A stretch of 63,861 nt of DNA, counting the filler, from an uncultured Methanosarcinales archaeon (GTDB lineage Archaea; Nanobdellota; Nanobdellia; Woesearchaeales; CAYSVS01), in NCBI GenBank assembly GCA_964434475.1. It is 13 parts of 13 records of this genome, joined end to end, with 100 filler letters (N's around TTAATTAATTAA, not from the genome) between each part and the next. Parts side by side here need not be neighbours in the genome. Positions count along the whole stretch, not along the records: positions 11,525 to 16,967 come from CAYSVS010000073.1; positions 17,068 to 22,178 come from CAYSVS010000075.1; positions 22,279 to 27,282 come from CAYSVS010000076.1; 10 more parts are not named here. The stretch is one strand, 5' to 3'. Below, piece by piece: positions 11,941 to 22,280 of the stretch. Within the stretch, counting starts at the first letter, position 1. The number at the start of each line of letters is the position of its first letter. The position numbers and the translations under genes were made by a program. The notes beneath the pieces were generated by a model. It made no database searches. It worked only from the letters and a program-made list of their open reading frames with translations, and was not told where the DNA came from.

Positions 11941-12189
11941 ATGTCAAAGATAAAGATATACACAACCCCTTTATCGCTTGAATCAAGAAGATTAAAGCAA
12001 TTTTTAGAGGGCAAAAAAGCAGACTATGAAGATATAGATGTAGATATAGACGAAGCAGCAAAAGAAAAAGCAATACAAAAGACAGGACAGTTGAGATTCC
12101 CAGTAATAGAGATTAACAACAGGTTCATAGCAGGATTTGAAGTATCAAAAATAAAAAAAGAAATGAAAAAATGGCATTCTGGAAAATAA
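11941..12189 (+). CDS. Glutaredoxin/NrdH-fold protein lacking CxxC
   Basis: IKIYTTP, TGQLRFPVIEIN, IAGF; no Cys. Confidence 0.7.
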   Translation: MSKIKIYTTPLSLESRRLKQFLEGKKADYEDIDVDIDEAAKEKAIQKTGQLRFPVIEINNRFIAGFEVSKIKKEMKKWHSGK

Positions 12190-12914
12190 TCAATAGAGTA
12201 ATAGATGAATCAAACATACTTATAGAGGTTCTTGATGCCAGGTTTCCTGAGCTTACAAGAAATAAAGAGATAGAAGACAAGATAGTAAAAAAAGACAAGA
12301 AACTTCTTTTTGTCATAAACAAATGCGATCTTGTAGATAAAGAGATATTAGAAGATCAGAAAAAAGAACTGAAAAAAACAGCTCCCTGTGTCTTCATATC
12401 CTCTAAAGGACATCTGGGCACCAATTATCTGAGAGAAGCGATAATGAAATTAAGTAAAGGCAAAGAAGTAAAGGTAGGTGTATTAGGATATCCTAACACA
12501 GGCAAAAGCTCTTTGATAAATGCTCTAAAAGGCAGACAAGCAGCTAAGACAAGCTCAATGTCAGGCTATACTAAAGCTAAACAATTGATAAGAGTATCAG
12601 GAAAGATACAGTTTCTCGACACTCCCGGCGTATACAGCTACAAGGAAAAAGACATAGATACTTTAGCAATATTCAGCGCAGTAGACTATACAAAGATAAA
12701 AGATCCAGACATAGCAGCATATAAGATTATAGAAATGTTCAAAGAAAAGATATGCAAACATTATGATATTAAATTTGACAAATCTCCTGAAATTATTCTA
12801 GAAAATCTTGCAAAAAAAAAGAATAAGCTAAAGAAAGGAAATGAACTAGATATGATAGCAACTTCCAAAGAATTGCTTAAGGATTGGCAAAAAGGCAAGA
12901 TAAGCTTAAGATGA
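12171..12914 (+). CDS. Circularly permuted GTPase, YlqF/RbgA-Nug family
   Basis: EVLDARFP, NKCD, GYPNTGKSS, DTPG in permuted order. Confidence 0.92.
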   Translation: MAFWKIINRVIDESNILIEVLDARFPELTRNKEIEDKIVKKDKKLLFVINKCDLVDKEILEDQKKELKKTAPCVFISSKGHLGTNYLREAIMKLSKGKEVKVGVLGYPNTGKSSLINALKGRQAAKTSSMSGYTKAKQLIRVSGKIQFLDTPGVYSYKEKDIDTLAIFSAVDYTKIKDPDIAAYKIIEMFKEKICKHYDIKFDKSPEIILENLAKKKNKLKKGNELDMIATSKELLKDWQKGKISLR

Positions 12915-13408
12915 TTGAATACGATCCAAGATGGAACCTGGATAAAGGATCATTAGATCTTCTTTCAAGGATCATCAAAAGATACAAGCCAAAAAAAATA
13001 CTTGAGATAGGAACATATAACGGCTATACTACTGAAAAAATTTCTGGAATCATAGATAAAGACGCAGAGATAATTACCATAGAGAAAGACCAGCTAATGT
13101 TTAAAAAATCAGAGCAAAATCTAAAGGATAAGAAGAACACAAAGGTAATAAATGGAGACGCCAAAGAAGTGCTCAAGGATATCAACACAAAATTTGATCT
13201 AATCTTCATAGACGCTGTCAAAAGAGAATATATAGAATATATAAAGATTATAGAACAAAACAATCTCCTGAAAAAGAATGCAATAATCATCGCAGACAAT
13301 GTTATAAGCCACAAAGAAAAGGTAAAAGAATACTTATATCATGTGAAAAACAGATATGATTCAGAAACAATAGATATAGGAAAAGGATTAGAAATAACAA
13401 AAGTTTAG
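12911..13408 (+). CDS. O-methyltransferase (caffeoyl-CoA OMT-like)
   Basis: ILEIGTYNGY, GDA, FIDAVKREY, IIADNV. Confidence 0.85.
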   Translation: MIEYDPRWNLDKGSLDLLSRIIKRYKPKKILEIGTYNGYTTEKISGIIDKDAEIITIEKDQLMFKKSEQNLKDKKNTKVINGDAKEVLKDINTKFDLIFIDAVKREYIEYIKIIEQNNLLKKNAIIIADNVISHKEKVKEYLYHVKNRYDSETIDIGKGLEITKV

Positions 13409-13416
13409 CCAATAAG

Positions 13417-13688
13417 ATGAAAAGTAAAAAGAACAATAAAAAAATAAGACCAAAAATAAAATATTCTGCAAAAATACTTTTCAAAAGCAAGTTCTAGAAT
13501 TATGTAGGCAGATACCAAAAGGCAAGGTAACAACATACAAAGAGATTGCCAAAGCTATGAATACTAAAGCATATAGAACAATAAGAACTGCATTGAAGAA
13601 CAATCCTGCACAGATAATCATACCTTGCCATAGGGTAATTAAAAGTGATGGCAGATTAGGCGGATACAAAGAAAAAAACACAACATAG
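13417..13688 (+). pseudogene. ogt: Frameshifted/truncated methylated-DNA-protein cysteine methyltransferase (MGMT)
   Basis: Frame from about 13440 reads TFQKQVLELCRQIPKGKVTTYKEIA...NNP...IPCHRVIKSDGRLGGY; ATG at 13417 is out of frame across an A-run; early TAG. Confidence 0.8.
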
Positions 13689-13788
13689 AAAAGAAAAAAT
13701 AATCATCAAAAACAACAGAGTAAATCTTAAGAACAATTTATTCATATTTTAGAAAAAGAAAAAAAAAGAAAAAAATAAGGTTTTAACC

Positions 13789-16284
13789 TTATGCTTCTGG
13801 TTCTGCTGGAGCAGCAGCTTCAACTTTGGAAACAGTTATGTCGTTCATGCTATTTCCGCTAACATCAACTTCCATGCCTGATAAACTATCAGCATGAGAA
13901 TCATAGTTAGCTATAACTTTTGATGCTCTTTTTGTATCTTCAGCACCAAAGCCTGCAACCAACATTGCTACGTTTCCATCGTTCTCGTAAAGCTTAATCT
14001 TAGCTTCACCAGCTTCTAGACCCATACCGCACTTGTCAGCACCGTATTGTGGTTGTCCGTTAACGAATGGCCATCCAGTGATAACACCAGCAGCTTCGTT
14101 GATACATGGACCACCTACTAAGATCAAGTTCTGCGCTTTTTCTTGACCTCTTACAGCACTTGCTAACTGAGCAGCTCCAACCTGTATCCTTGTTAATTCA
14201 ACTGTATCAATCATTCCTTCTTCAGCGCTTTCGCTTTCTGAAACTGTTGTAACACCTGAACTCAAGTATACTTTAGCTACAGCTTCTTTGCTTGGAAGCA
14301 TAACTTCCAAAGAATCTTGGTTGTCTGTATCCTGCTTGATCAAAGTACCGAACTCAGTCATATACTCAATATAGTTATCTTTTGAGTCATATGATTTAGC
14401 TCCACTCCAATCTGTATCATCAGCATTGCTGTATGTTGGAGTCTGTGCTTCAATCTTGCCACTGCTTAAAGCAAAGTCAAATTTCAAAGTTCCAGCTGTA
14501 GTTACTGCATCATCCCTTGTCAAATCAGGTGCTTCTGCAATCTCAAGCCTTGATGTGTTGTCAGCAAGACCTAATTGAGCTAAAGTAGAATTACCGTACA
14601 AGGTCAACCTATGCTCATTAGCAGTCCATAGTCTTGCAATTCCGTTTGCATCATCAGTTATATCTGTCAATGCTATGGAATCAGTTACGTATGTTGGTGT
14701 AAACTGGTACTTATTACCATCTAGGTAAAATTCCTTAGGTGCAGCGTTTGCTGCTGTAACTTCGAATGTGTCTCCTGATCCAATATTCTTGAACTTAACT
14801 TTAGTGTTAGTTGCATCAATATTGCTAACTTCTAACAAGTGTGAATACTTGTTCATATCAGCAACAAAGTACATGTTCTCTAAAACATCAGCAGTTCCTT
14901 CAAGAATGTGTAGGTCTTTGCCTTTTTCTTTACCAGTCTGGATTATATTTGAAGTGTTCAAATAGAACATAGCCTCTGAAATTGTTCCGCCTGTTTTAGT
15001 AGGAACTTTCAGTTTATATTTGCTGTTTCCACTTGACTTGATTTCCACTTCTTCTACTTCACCATAATCAACACCAGCAAACTGATAATCGATGTTTTCA
15101 AGGAACAATTTCTCCTTTTCATCATCTGGTAGCCTGTCTGATAACTTGCCATTTTCTGCTACATAATAGTCGTCATCTGCAGTCCAGTTCAGCTCAATCT
15201 TACTGATTGATGCGTCTCCTGAAGAGAAAGTACCAACAATCTGACCTTCTACGTTATCAATGGTATCTGAACCAACAGATACAGTCATACCACCTACTGA
15301 AGTCCAGTCTGCGTCCTCAAATACAACTTTCTGAGCACCAAGGTAGAATTCTACCAAATCACCTGTAACATCTCCAGCTTCGTTGTTCAAGATTGTTTTT
15401 ACACCGATCTCAACATCGTCTGCTAGCTTATATGTTTCAGTTTCAGCCATCTTTTCTGTAACTTCGCCGTTGATCTTTAGCTGGGTATACAAAGGTGAAC
15501 CTGAATCAGTTACGATGATGTTCTCAACTTCATACTCCTTACCATTAAGAGTATAAGTTTTTGTTTCACCTTCTGAAATTGTATCAGTAACAGCTCCACC
15601 CATCAATTCCAGAGTTCCTGTAGCGTTGTCTGTGTCTATAAAAGTATATTCTTTACCCAGCATAACTAGTTTTTTGTTATCCAGATCATCCAAGTCCATC
15701 GATGAATCGATATCTGACTTAACAGCTGTTGGGAAAGTCATCTTATATGTGTAGACTAAACTATCATCTGGGAATTTCAGATATAGTGCAGGATCTTCGC
15801 TTTGTTCACTGTCCTCAACAAACCTGAGTTCAGCATCCTTAGCTAGATCGATATACTGATCATAGTCAAAATCTCCTTTTTCATTTGAGATTTCACCGCT
15901 AGCTAAAGCCTTAATATCTGAGCTGTCTGCTGCTGCTTTAACTTCATCACCCATTTCTTCGTATAGGTTGAAATCATCTCCTGAATCACTGATCAGGAAT
16001 GTGTCTCCTTCAACTACTGTTGAAGCGCTTGAGCCACTAACAGCAACTTTTTTTGTTGTCTTTAAGCTGTACTGCAAACTTGTTGCAATGTCAACTGAAC
16101 CGATTACATCTTGAGCTGCTGCGTTGTCGCCTACAACGATTACTGCATCAAGCTTACCATCCTTTACAAACATACTCGGATAGTTTGATAGATCTGCAGC
16201 CATTGCACCCATGATTGTTGCACCAACCATTGTTGCGCCAGCACCCAGAGCAATCACTTTTTTTATTGCTTTTTTTACATCCAT
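13789..16284 (-). CDS. S-layer protein
   Basis: MDVKKAIKKVIALGAGATMVGAT, ADLSNYP, VVGDNAAAQDV, NLILVGGPCIN, LVAG...DT; acidic. Confidence 0.9.
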   Translation of the reverse strand: MDVKKAIKKVIALGAGATMVGATIMGAMAADLSNYPSMFVKDGKLDAVIVVGDNAAAQDVIGSVDIATSLQYSLKTTKKVAVSGSSASTVVEGDTFLISDSGDDFNLYEEMGDEVKAAADSSDIKALASGEISNEKGDFDYDQYIDLAKDAELRFVEDSEQSEDPALYLKFPDDSLVYTYKMTFPTAVKSDIDSSMDLDDLDNKKLVMLGKEYTFIDTDNATGTLELMGGAVTDTISEGETKTYTLNGKEYEVENIIVTDSGSPLYTQLKINGEVTEKMAETETYKLADDVEIGVKTILNNEAGDVTGDLVEFYLGAQKVVFEDADWTSVGGMTVSVGSDTIDNVEGQIVGTFSSGDASISKIELNWTADDDYYVAENGKLSDRLPDDEKEKLFLENIDYQFAGVDYGEVEEVEIKSSGNSKYKLKVPTKTGGTISEAMFYLNTSNIIQTGKEKGKDLHILEGTADVLENMYFVADMNKYSHLLEVSNIDATNTKVKFKNIGSGDTFEVTAANAAPKEFYLDGNKYQFTPTYVTDSIALTDITDDANGIARLWTANEHRLTLYGNSTLAQLGLADNTSRLEIAEAPDLTRDDAVTTAGTLKFDFALSSGKIEAQTPTYSNADDTDWSGAKSYDSKDNYIEYMTEFGTLIKQDTDNQDSLEVMLPSKEAVAKVYLSSGVTTVSESESAEEGMIDTVELTRIQVGAAQLASAVRGQEKAQNLILVGGPCINEAAGVITGWPFVNGQPQYGADKCGMGLEAGEAKIKLYENDGNVAMLVAGFGAEDTKRASKVIANYDSHADSLSGMEVDVSGNSMNDITVSKVEAAAPAEPEA

Positions 16285-16396
16285 TCTTTAAACACCTCGT
16301 GTTTACTTTTTTTTTCGGGCTAATATTTATTTTGTGTTAGGCAAAATAGTCATCTCTGTTATGATTTGTCTATTATACTTATGGTTTAATTTTCTC

Positions 16397-16411
16397 TTTA
16401 AATACTTTTCG
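16397..16411 (-). promoter_or_regulatory. BRE-TATA promoter of the S-layer gene
   Basis: CGAAAAG-TATTTAAA on the minus strand; GAGGTG RBS before the ATG. Confidence 0.5.
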
Positions 16412-16649
16412 CAATTTCACATTGTTTGTATCGTCGACAAATAGAAAAAAGACAATACAAGGCTTGAAAGACCACAATTTGGCAGTCAGTACTTTACAAT
16501 GGTGATTTAAAAAAAACATAAAAAGTATACTAATATATGTTAAAATATTCTAATTTAGTGTTTTTATGTCAAAATAAATAATTTATTTAGCATATAAAGA
16601 TAAAAAGACATATAAGAGAAATATCAATAAAGTATTCTTAAGAATAAAC

Positions 16650-16913
16650 ATTCTCACCAGCTTTTTAAGAAAAACCTGGGAAAAACAAGTGCGTTTCGCA
16701 AGCTCAACAACACAAAATAAGTAAGAAATGTGGGAATGAGTGATTCTCACCAGCTTTTTAAGAAAAACCTGGGAAAAACAAGTGCGTTTCGCAAGCTNNN
16801 NNNNNNNNNNNNNNNNNNNNNNNNNNNNNNNNNNNNNNNNNNNNNNNNNNNNNNNNNNNNNNNNNNNNNNNNNNNNNNNNNNNNNNNNNNNNNNNNNCAA
16901 CAACACAAAATAA
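16650..16913. repeat. 71-bp hairpin-containing direct repeat, 93-bp period, with an unresolved gap
   Basis: Copy 1 at 16650-16720; copy 2 at 16743-16797 plus 16898-16913; hairpins CCAGCTTTTT-AAG-AAAAACCTGG and TGCG-TTT-CGCA. Confidence 0.85.
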
Positions 16914-17067
16914 TTAACTGGAGTTGTGCAGATTTTTCTAAAAACCGAAAAAATTAGGTAGTTGAACNNNNNNNNNNNNNNNNNNNNNNNNNNNNNNNNN
17001 NNNNNNNNNNNTTAATTAATTAANNNNNNNNNNNNNNNNNNNNNNNNNNNNNNNNNNNNNNNNNNNN

Positions 17068-17121
17068 GAGAGGCAAACAAGTTTGGCCTAAAAAGTTGTC
17101 CAGCCCAATGGGTCCACCTCA
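17068..17121 (-). mobile_element. IS3-family-like end
   Basis: Minus strand TGAGGTGGACCCATTGGGCTGGACA; 54-nt contig-end stub that interrupts a CDS. Confidence 0.55.
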
Positions 17122-17557
17122 CCGGCTGCTTAGGATTAAATTCATAGCCCAAAGCAGCAAAGGGAAATATATAAGGAGGAAATATACCAATAGCTCCAAT
17201 TCCCCAATAAAAAAAATTATTTTTCTTATAAAAAGGATAATTTAAATAAAATATTTTAAAAAATGGTATCACTAAACCAAAAGGAAAAGCATTAATAGAA
17301 AAATCAAACCCATGTTGCTTTTTGTGAGTACGATATCCTATACCAGCTGTAGGAAAAAAACCCTTATATCTCCAATGGCGGCTCCAAAACCCAAAAGTTG
17401 AAGCTTGAATATATAACATGCTATATCTTGTCTCGGCCTCAACCTTATCAGGGCTTAAAAGATCGATTTCTTGAACTTCTTCTATTATTTGTTGTTGATT
17501 TTCCTGAGAAAAAAGCAAAGCAATGGGAATAAATAAAATTAAAATCTTTTTAAACAT
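17122..17557 (-). CDS. Secreted/outer-membrane beta-rich protein, truncated by the IS end
   Basis: Signal peptide; AGIGYR..HGFDFS, FYWGIG, ALGYEF amphipathic strands. Confidence 0.55.
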
Positions 17558-17752
17558 GCAAATGTTTTGTGAATTATTTTTTAAAAAATTTAATTAAATA
17601 AACATTATACATTATAAGAAAAATAAAACAAATAAATCTATTAAATCTTATGATTTACAGAAAAACATTTAATTATTTTTTAATTAACTAACATATTTTT
17701 ATTTCAATATAAATTAAACAAGATATGTTTTACTAAAAAAAACAATTTTACA

Positions 17753-19081
17753 TTACGCTTTAATTACATTAAAAAGTATTAACATTTCATCAATTTCTTT
17801 TTGTAAATCTAATACTGGTTCTAATTTTTCTACTCTTAAAATATAATTCGATAACGGAGAAGTTCCATATTCTCTTACCCATTGAATAATTGCTCTGGCT
17901 TCATAAATATTACCCGATATTGGATCTCTTAAAGGATGTCTAATAGGACTCAAAGTAATAGGACAAATATATTGTGCAAAAAAATCATCATCGTCTAATT
18001 CTTCTGGGATGAAATCTATGCATTGTTTTATTTCACAAGAAGCAGACTCAGTTTGTATCAGTTTATGCCTTGGATGTTCTTGCCTATATTTTTTACAAAA
18101 CCCAGCATACCGATCATATAACTCTTCTTTCGGAAACTCAATTCCGACTTTTTTACAAAAAAGTTGTATTTTTAAACGTAAAAGACCTGTTTGAATAATT
18201 TGTTGAAAAAATCTATTTTCCTGATAGATTTCTGTCTGTTCCTTAAAATTATTTCGTGCAAGCATATTTAATATAGCTTTTTTCTCATAAATATATTCAC
18301 TACCGATTTCTTGATAAGGTTCTTGAATAAGCTGATTTGTAATAGGACAAAAATATTGACCAAGAACAGCATCTTCACGCGCACAATTAGGCACTTTATT
18401 TTGAGTTAATAGCTGATACAAATCATCTTCTTTTAATTGTGGACATCTTTGAGCTATTACAAATATAATTTGTTGAAGATTTTGTTCAAAATCAAGAAAA
18501 TCTTCCTCAAATGTTTTTTTATAATTAAACAGTTTTTGATAAAACAATTGCCAAATATCATTCACAGACATATCAGGATCTAAAAAAGGCAAAATTCTTA
18601 CTGACAAATTAAAAGAAGGAGAGAGACAACTAAATTCTGATAATTGCAATCTTATCGAATGAAACGATAAACAAAAGACAGGAATACTCATGCTAACCAT
18701 TAAAATTCCAAGCCACCCATCTATAATTGTCTTTAAACATACTTGCCATAAAAAGCAAACCGTCGCTGTAGAAAGCCAAAGATTGTTTGGTATCACTACT
18801 GTAAATAAATGATACAAAGGGGGAAAGAAAAGCATTTGGTCGATTATGCGTCTAAAAAACAGCCCTGATAATGCTGTTATTTTAACAACCTGCTCTAATA
18901 ATCCTTCTATTGGCATAGGATCTTGTATTTCAGAAGGATTTTTTAATCGATATGAGATTAAAAATTTCTGAACTTTTCTTTCTACATCCTCTTTTTCTAT
19001 ACCCGAAGGATAAAAGCTGTTAAAAACCTTCGGTACAGCATATGACGCTCCTATAATGGCTAAAGGATATATAAAGCTCAT
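17753..19081 (-). CDS. Protein with two U-box domains, putative E3 ligase effector
   Basis: YFCPITNQLIQEP..YIYEKKAIL and YICPITLSPIRHP..GNIYEARAIIQWV..GTSPLS; hydrophobic N-terminal region. Confidence 0.85.
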   Translation of the reverse strand: MSFIYPLAIIGASYAVPKVFNSFYPSGIEKEDVERKVQKFLISYRLKNPSEIQDPMPIEGLLEQVVKITALSGLFFRRIIDQMLFFPPLYHLFTVVIPNNLWLSTATVCFLWQVCLKTIIDGWLGILMVSMSIPVFCLSFHSIRLQLSEFSCLSPSFNLSVRILPFLDPDMSVNDIWQLFYQKLFNYKKTFEEDFLDFEQNLQQIIFVIAQRCPQLKEDDLYQLLTQNKVPNCAREDAVLGQYFCPITNQLIQEPYQEIGSEYIYEKKAILNMLARNNFKEQTEIYQENRFFQQIIQTGLLRLKIQLFCKKVGIEFPKEELYDRYAGFCKKYRQEHPRHKLIQTESASCEIKQCIDFIPEELDDDDFFAQYICPITLSPIRHPLRDPISGNIYEARAIIQWVREYGTSPLSNYILRVEKLEPVLDLQKEIDEMLILFNVIKA

Positions 19082-19092
19082 GTTTCACCTCT

Positions 19093-20965
19093 TTAAAGAA
19101 CAGGAAACATTATATTTCTAAACATTTTTTTAATTACTAGAAAATACTGCTTTTTAAAGGCATTCAATTGAATGCTTTCGCTTGAATCTTTTTCAAAAGT
19201 GATTAAGACAAAATTTTTTCTTAAAAATTGTTGTTCTCTAATATTAATCGCATGTAAATCATTCGCAGCTAAGTGAGCTTGTATTAAACATTCGCTACTA
19301 ATTAAAAAACCAGGATTATCCTTGTCTTCTGAAAGATATTGCCAATAATGCCCAGTATCAATAATTTCAGTTTGGCAAAAAGCACATACATATCTTTGTC
19401 CTGGATGATTTGTTGCTAATAAATATTGAGCAGATTGATGCTTGAAAAAAACAGACCTTAACATACGTAACAAAATACCATTGATCCATCTTTTTTCATC
19501 CCCCGCTGGTAACTGTGTTTGAACTGCTTCATGAATTACTTCTTCATTTTGACGAACATATTCTTCTACTGTTTTAAAATCATTTAAAGATTGTCCGGAA
19601 GAGGCCATCGGCATTCTATGCACTGCTGTAGGTTCTATAGAACTTGAAGAAGAAGTTGTTCCAATATCATCAGCAACAGAAACTGCAGCTGGTAAAACTT
19701 CTTTTTTAATTAATTTTAAAAAATCAAAAAGAGCATAAAAATATTTTTTTCTAAAATCAGTTAATTTTTGAACTAATTCAGAATCTGTTTCCTTTGTAAT
19801 TAACACGAACTGTCCCTGATGTAATGCTGCCATATTTGTAGTACTAAGACTGTTGGCAAGACACTCGCTACTAATTAATTGGGCTTTTTCTTGAGCTTGC
19901 CATACATGATCAGGTTCAACGACTTCGTTTTGGCAAACTGAACAAACTAGTCTTTGATATTGATTATTAGTATTTAAAATTAATCTTGCTGCATAACTTT
20001 GAAATGCCGCATATCGGGTAACAGCATTTACTTCATCCCATTTTTTACCTTTTTCCTTTTGGCTTCTAAGCATTACCTCTAGATCTGCTACATGTTGAAA
20101 AACAAAATCTTTAATCTTACTAAAAAAAATGGCAAAAGCATCTTCTGTATTAATCGATTGCCCTTCCATTTCAGAAGGAGTTAGATCTTGTTGTGTACGG
20201 CTGTCTCTTAAAAAAGACATTCTATTATAGATTTGCCTTCCTACAACATTAACTAAATCACCTAATAGTTGTTGAACATCAACCAAACTTATTATCGATA
20301 AAGGCTCGTATGCACGTTGAATAAAAAGAGGCATTTTTTGAACAATTTCAGGAAGTATATTTAATTGTAATACAAATTCAGATATAATCAAATGAGCTAA
20401 TTCTACACACTGCTCTTCTGAAAAATCAATTGCAAAATCACTGATAAACCCAGGTACTTTAATTAAAAGAGAAGCTAATTGTTTAATTGTTTGATCGTTC
20501 CCAAAAGCGGCTGTCGCCCCTAAACCAGAAGCTACTACAAAAACAGAACCTCCTGTTAAAAGGAATCCAAAAGCAATAGATTTATTCGTAGGAATTTCAT
20601 CTTGATTAGCTTCAAGATATTCTTCACAAATTTGCTTTGTTTTTAATACTGTGAAAGCACCAGTACTAGCATAATTTAATCCTGTCAACAATTTATTCGC
20701 TGAATCCGCTGAACAAATTACTTTATTGCCTGAAGAAAATAAAGAGACAAATTTTCCTGCTAAAGAAACTGCAGGACCACTAATAGTCGTTACTCCCAAG
20801 AATATCTTGGCGCCCCCCCCCAATTCTATGTATAATAGAAAGATCTGGATTAGTACAAATTTGCCAACCATCTTGAATTGAATTATAACCTGTATAAACT
20901 TGATATATTTTAGTGCCTGTTATACATACAACTTTCGCTCCTGATAACAATGCAATAATCGCCAT
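19093..20965 (-). pseudogene. Putative effector with a duplicated CxxC..SSEC domain, frameshifted at a G9 tract
   Basis: ORFs 20780-20971 and 19093-20871 fuse if the C9 run at 20813-20821 is C8; ATG at 20965 with AAGG RBS. Confidence 0.7.
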
Positions 20966-20976
20966 AATCAACCTTT

Positions 20977-22029
20977 TTAATCCATACCATAAATCGTTAA
21001 CATCTCATCAATTTCAGCTTGTAATTCTGGCATTGGTTGTAAATCTGCTACACGTAACTGTCTACGAGATAATGGTGATGTACCATGAGTTCGGACCCAT
21101 TCTATAATTGCTCTAGCTTCATAAATAGTGTCTGTTAATGGGTCTCTTAAAGGATGCCTAATAGGAGATAATGTAATTGGACAAACATGCTGGTTGAAAA
21201 ATTCATCCTCATCTAATTCTTCGGGGATTGTATCTTCTAAATTTCCCAGCAAAACAAGTAATCTAGCTTCTTGTTCCGGTTGTCTTCTTTGTACTTCATC
21301 TGGTTCTTCAATAATAACAGCAAGGCGCCGCCTTGGACCACGATGAACACGTCTTCGTGCTTGATGTTCTCTTCTGTACTGCGCGCAAAAATCTTCATAC
21401 TGCTGATATAAACTTTTAGCTAGTGGTACACAAGCAACAAATTCTATACTTTTAACTGCAGTTATTGCTCGTTCATGAGGTAATGCTTCTTTTTTTTGAT
21501 GCATAATCTGTCTTTGTAACTCTACAGTCTGCATTGGTTCTCTATCGCATGAAGAATTATAAATAGATTGATGAGGACTGGACAATTTTTGTAATTCGTA
21601 TTGTAATTGTGCGATAGTAGTTTTATAAGGCTCGAGAACTTGAGCGTCATAAAAACTTTCAAACATAGCCAAAGAATGGCAAATAGCTGAACCAATTATA
21701 GATTTAGAATGTTCTGCATCACCTTGTTGGGGAGCTTCTTGCATCAAAGTTATATATTTAATTGCCGAAAAACCATGTGTAGAACCCTTTATAACTTTAA
21801 CAGCTCGTCTTATTTCACCATATTTAGCTGAATCTAGTGCGAGATCAAGGCCATAACAACAAGCTCTGATTGTAGTATTTACTGTATCCATTATTAACAT
21901 TACTTTTAGATCTGTTTTTTGTTGTCTTGTTAAATGGGCAGGTTCATCTTTAAAAGCTAAACCAGCTAAATCTACTAAATCTAATGTTAAAAGAGAAAAA
22001 TCTAAGATTTTATTAACGACAGCAACCAT
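20977..22029 (-). CDS. C-terminal U-box protein, putative E3 ligase effector
   Basis: IPEELDEDEFFNQHVCPITLSPIRHPLRDP..IYEARAIIEWVRTHGTSPLSRRQL. Confidence 0.85.
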   Translation of the reverse strand: MVAVVNKILDFSLLTLDLVDLAGLAFKDEPAHLTRQQKTDLKVMLIMDTVNTTIRACCYGLDLALDSAKYGEIRRAVKVIKGSTHGFSAIKYITLMQEAPQQGDAEHSKSIIGSAICHSLAMFESFYDAQVLEPYKTTIAQLQYELQKLSSPHQSIYNSSCDREPMQTVELQRQIMHQKKEALPHERAITAVKSIEFVACVPLAKSLYQQYEDFCAQYRREHQARRRVHRGPRRRLAVIIEEPDEVQRRQPEQEARLLVLLGNLEDTIPEELDEDEFFNQHVCPITLSPIRHPLRDPLTDTIYEARAIIEWVRTHGTSPLSRRQLRVADLQPMPELQAEIDEMLTIYGMD

Positions 22030-22126
22030 AAATAACCTCTGTAATAAAACTTTATTTAATTATTTATGAGTACATAGTTTAATAATCTTCGACATTTATT
22101 AAAAGAATAAAAATAAATATTTACTT

Positions 22127-22178
22127 TGTACTGGACAAAAATTAATTTTATGAAACATAAACCCCTAATTCTAAGTAA
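22127..22178 (+). mobile_element. Possible IS end (TGTACTGGACAAAA)
   Basis: TGT terminus 52 nt from the contig end; single copy only. Confidence 0.3.
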
Positions 22179-22280
22179 NNNNNNNNNNNNNNNNNNNNNN
22201 NNNNNNNNNNNNNNNNNNNNNNTTAATTAATTAANNNNNNNNNNNNNNNNNNNNNNNNNNNNNNNNNNNNNNNNNNNNAT

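Noticed and set aside
16650..16913. CRISPR array
   Set aside because: 71-bp repeat, only one visible spacer, no cas genes.
16583..16957. ORFs 16583-16906 and 16730-16957
   Set aside because: Translations of the repeat and the N gap.
17790..21225. DGR template/variable repeat pair in the duplicated U-box DNA, or in the GNAT duplicate
   Set aside because: Both U-box copies are coding, the differences are not confined to adenines, and no reverse transcriptase is present.
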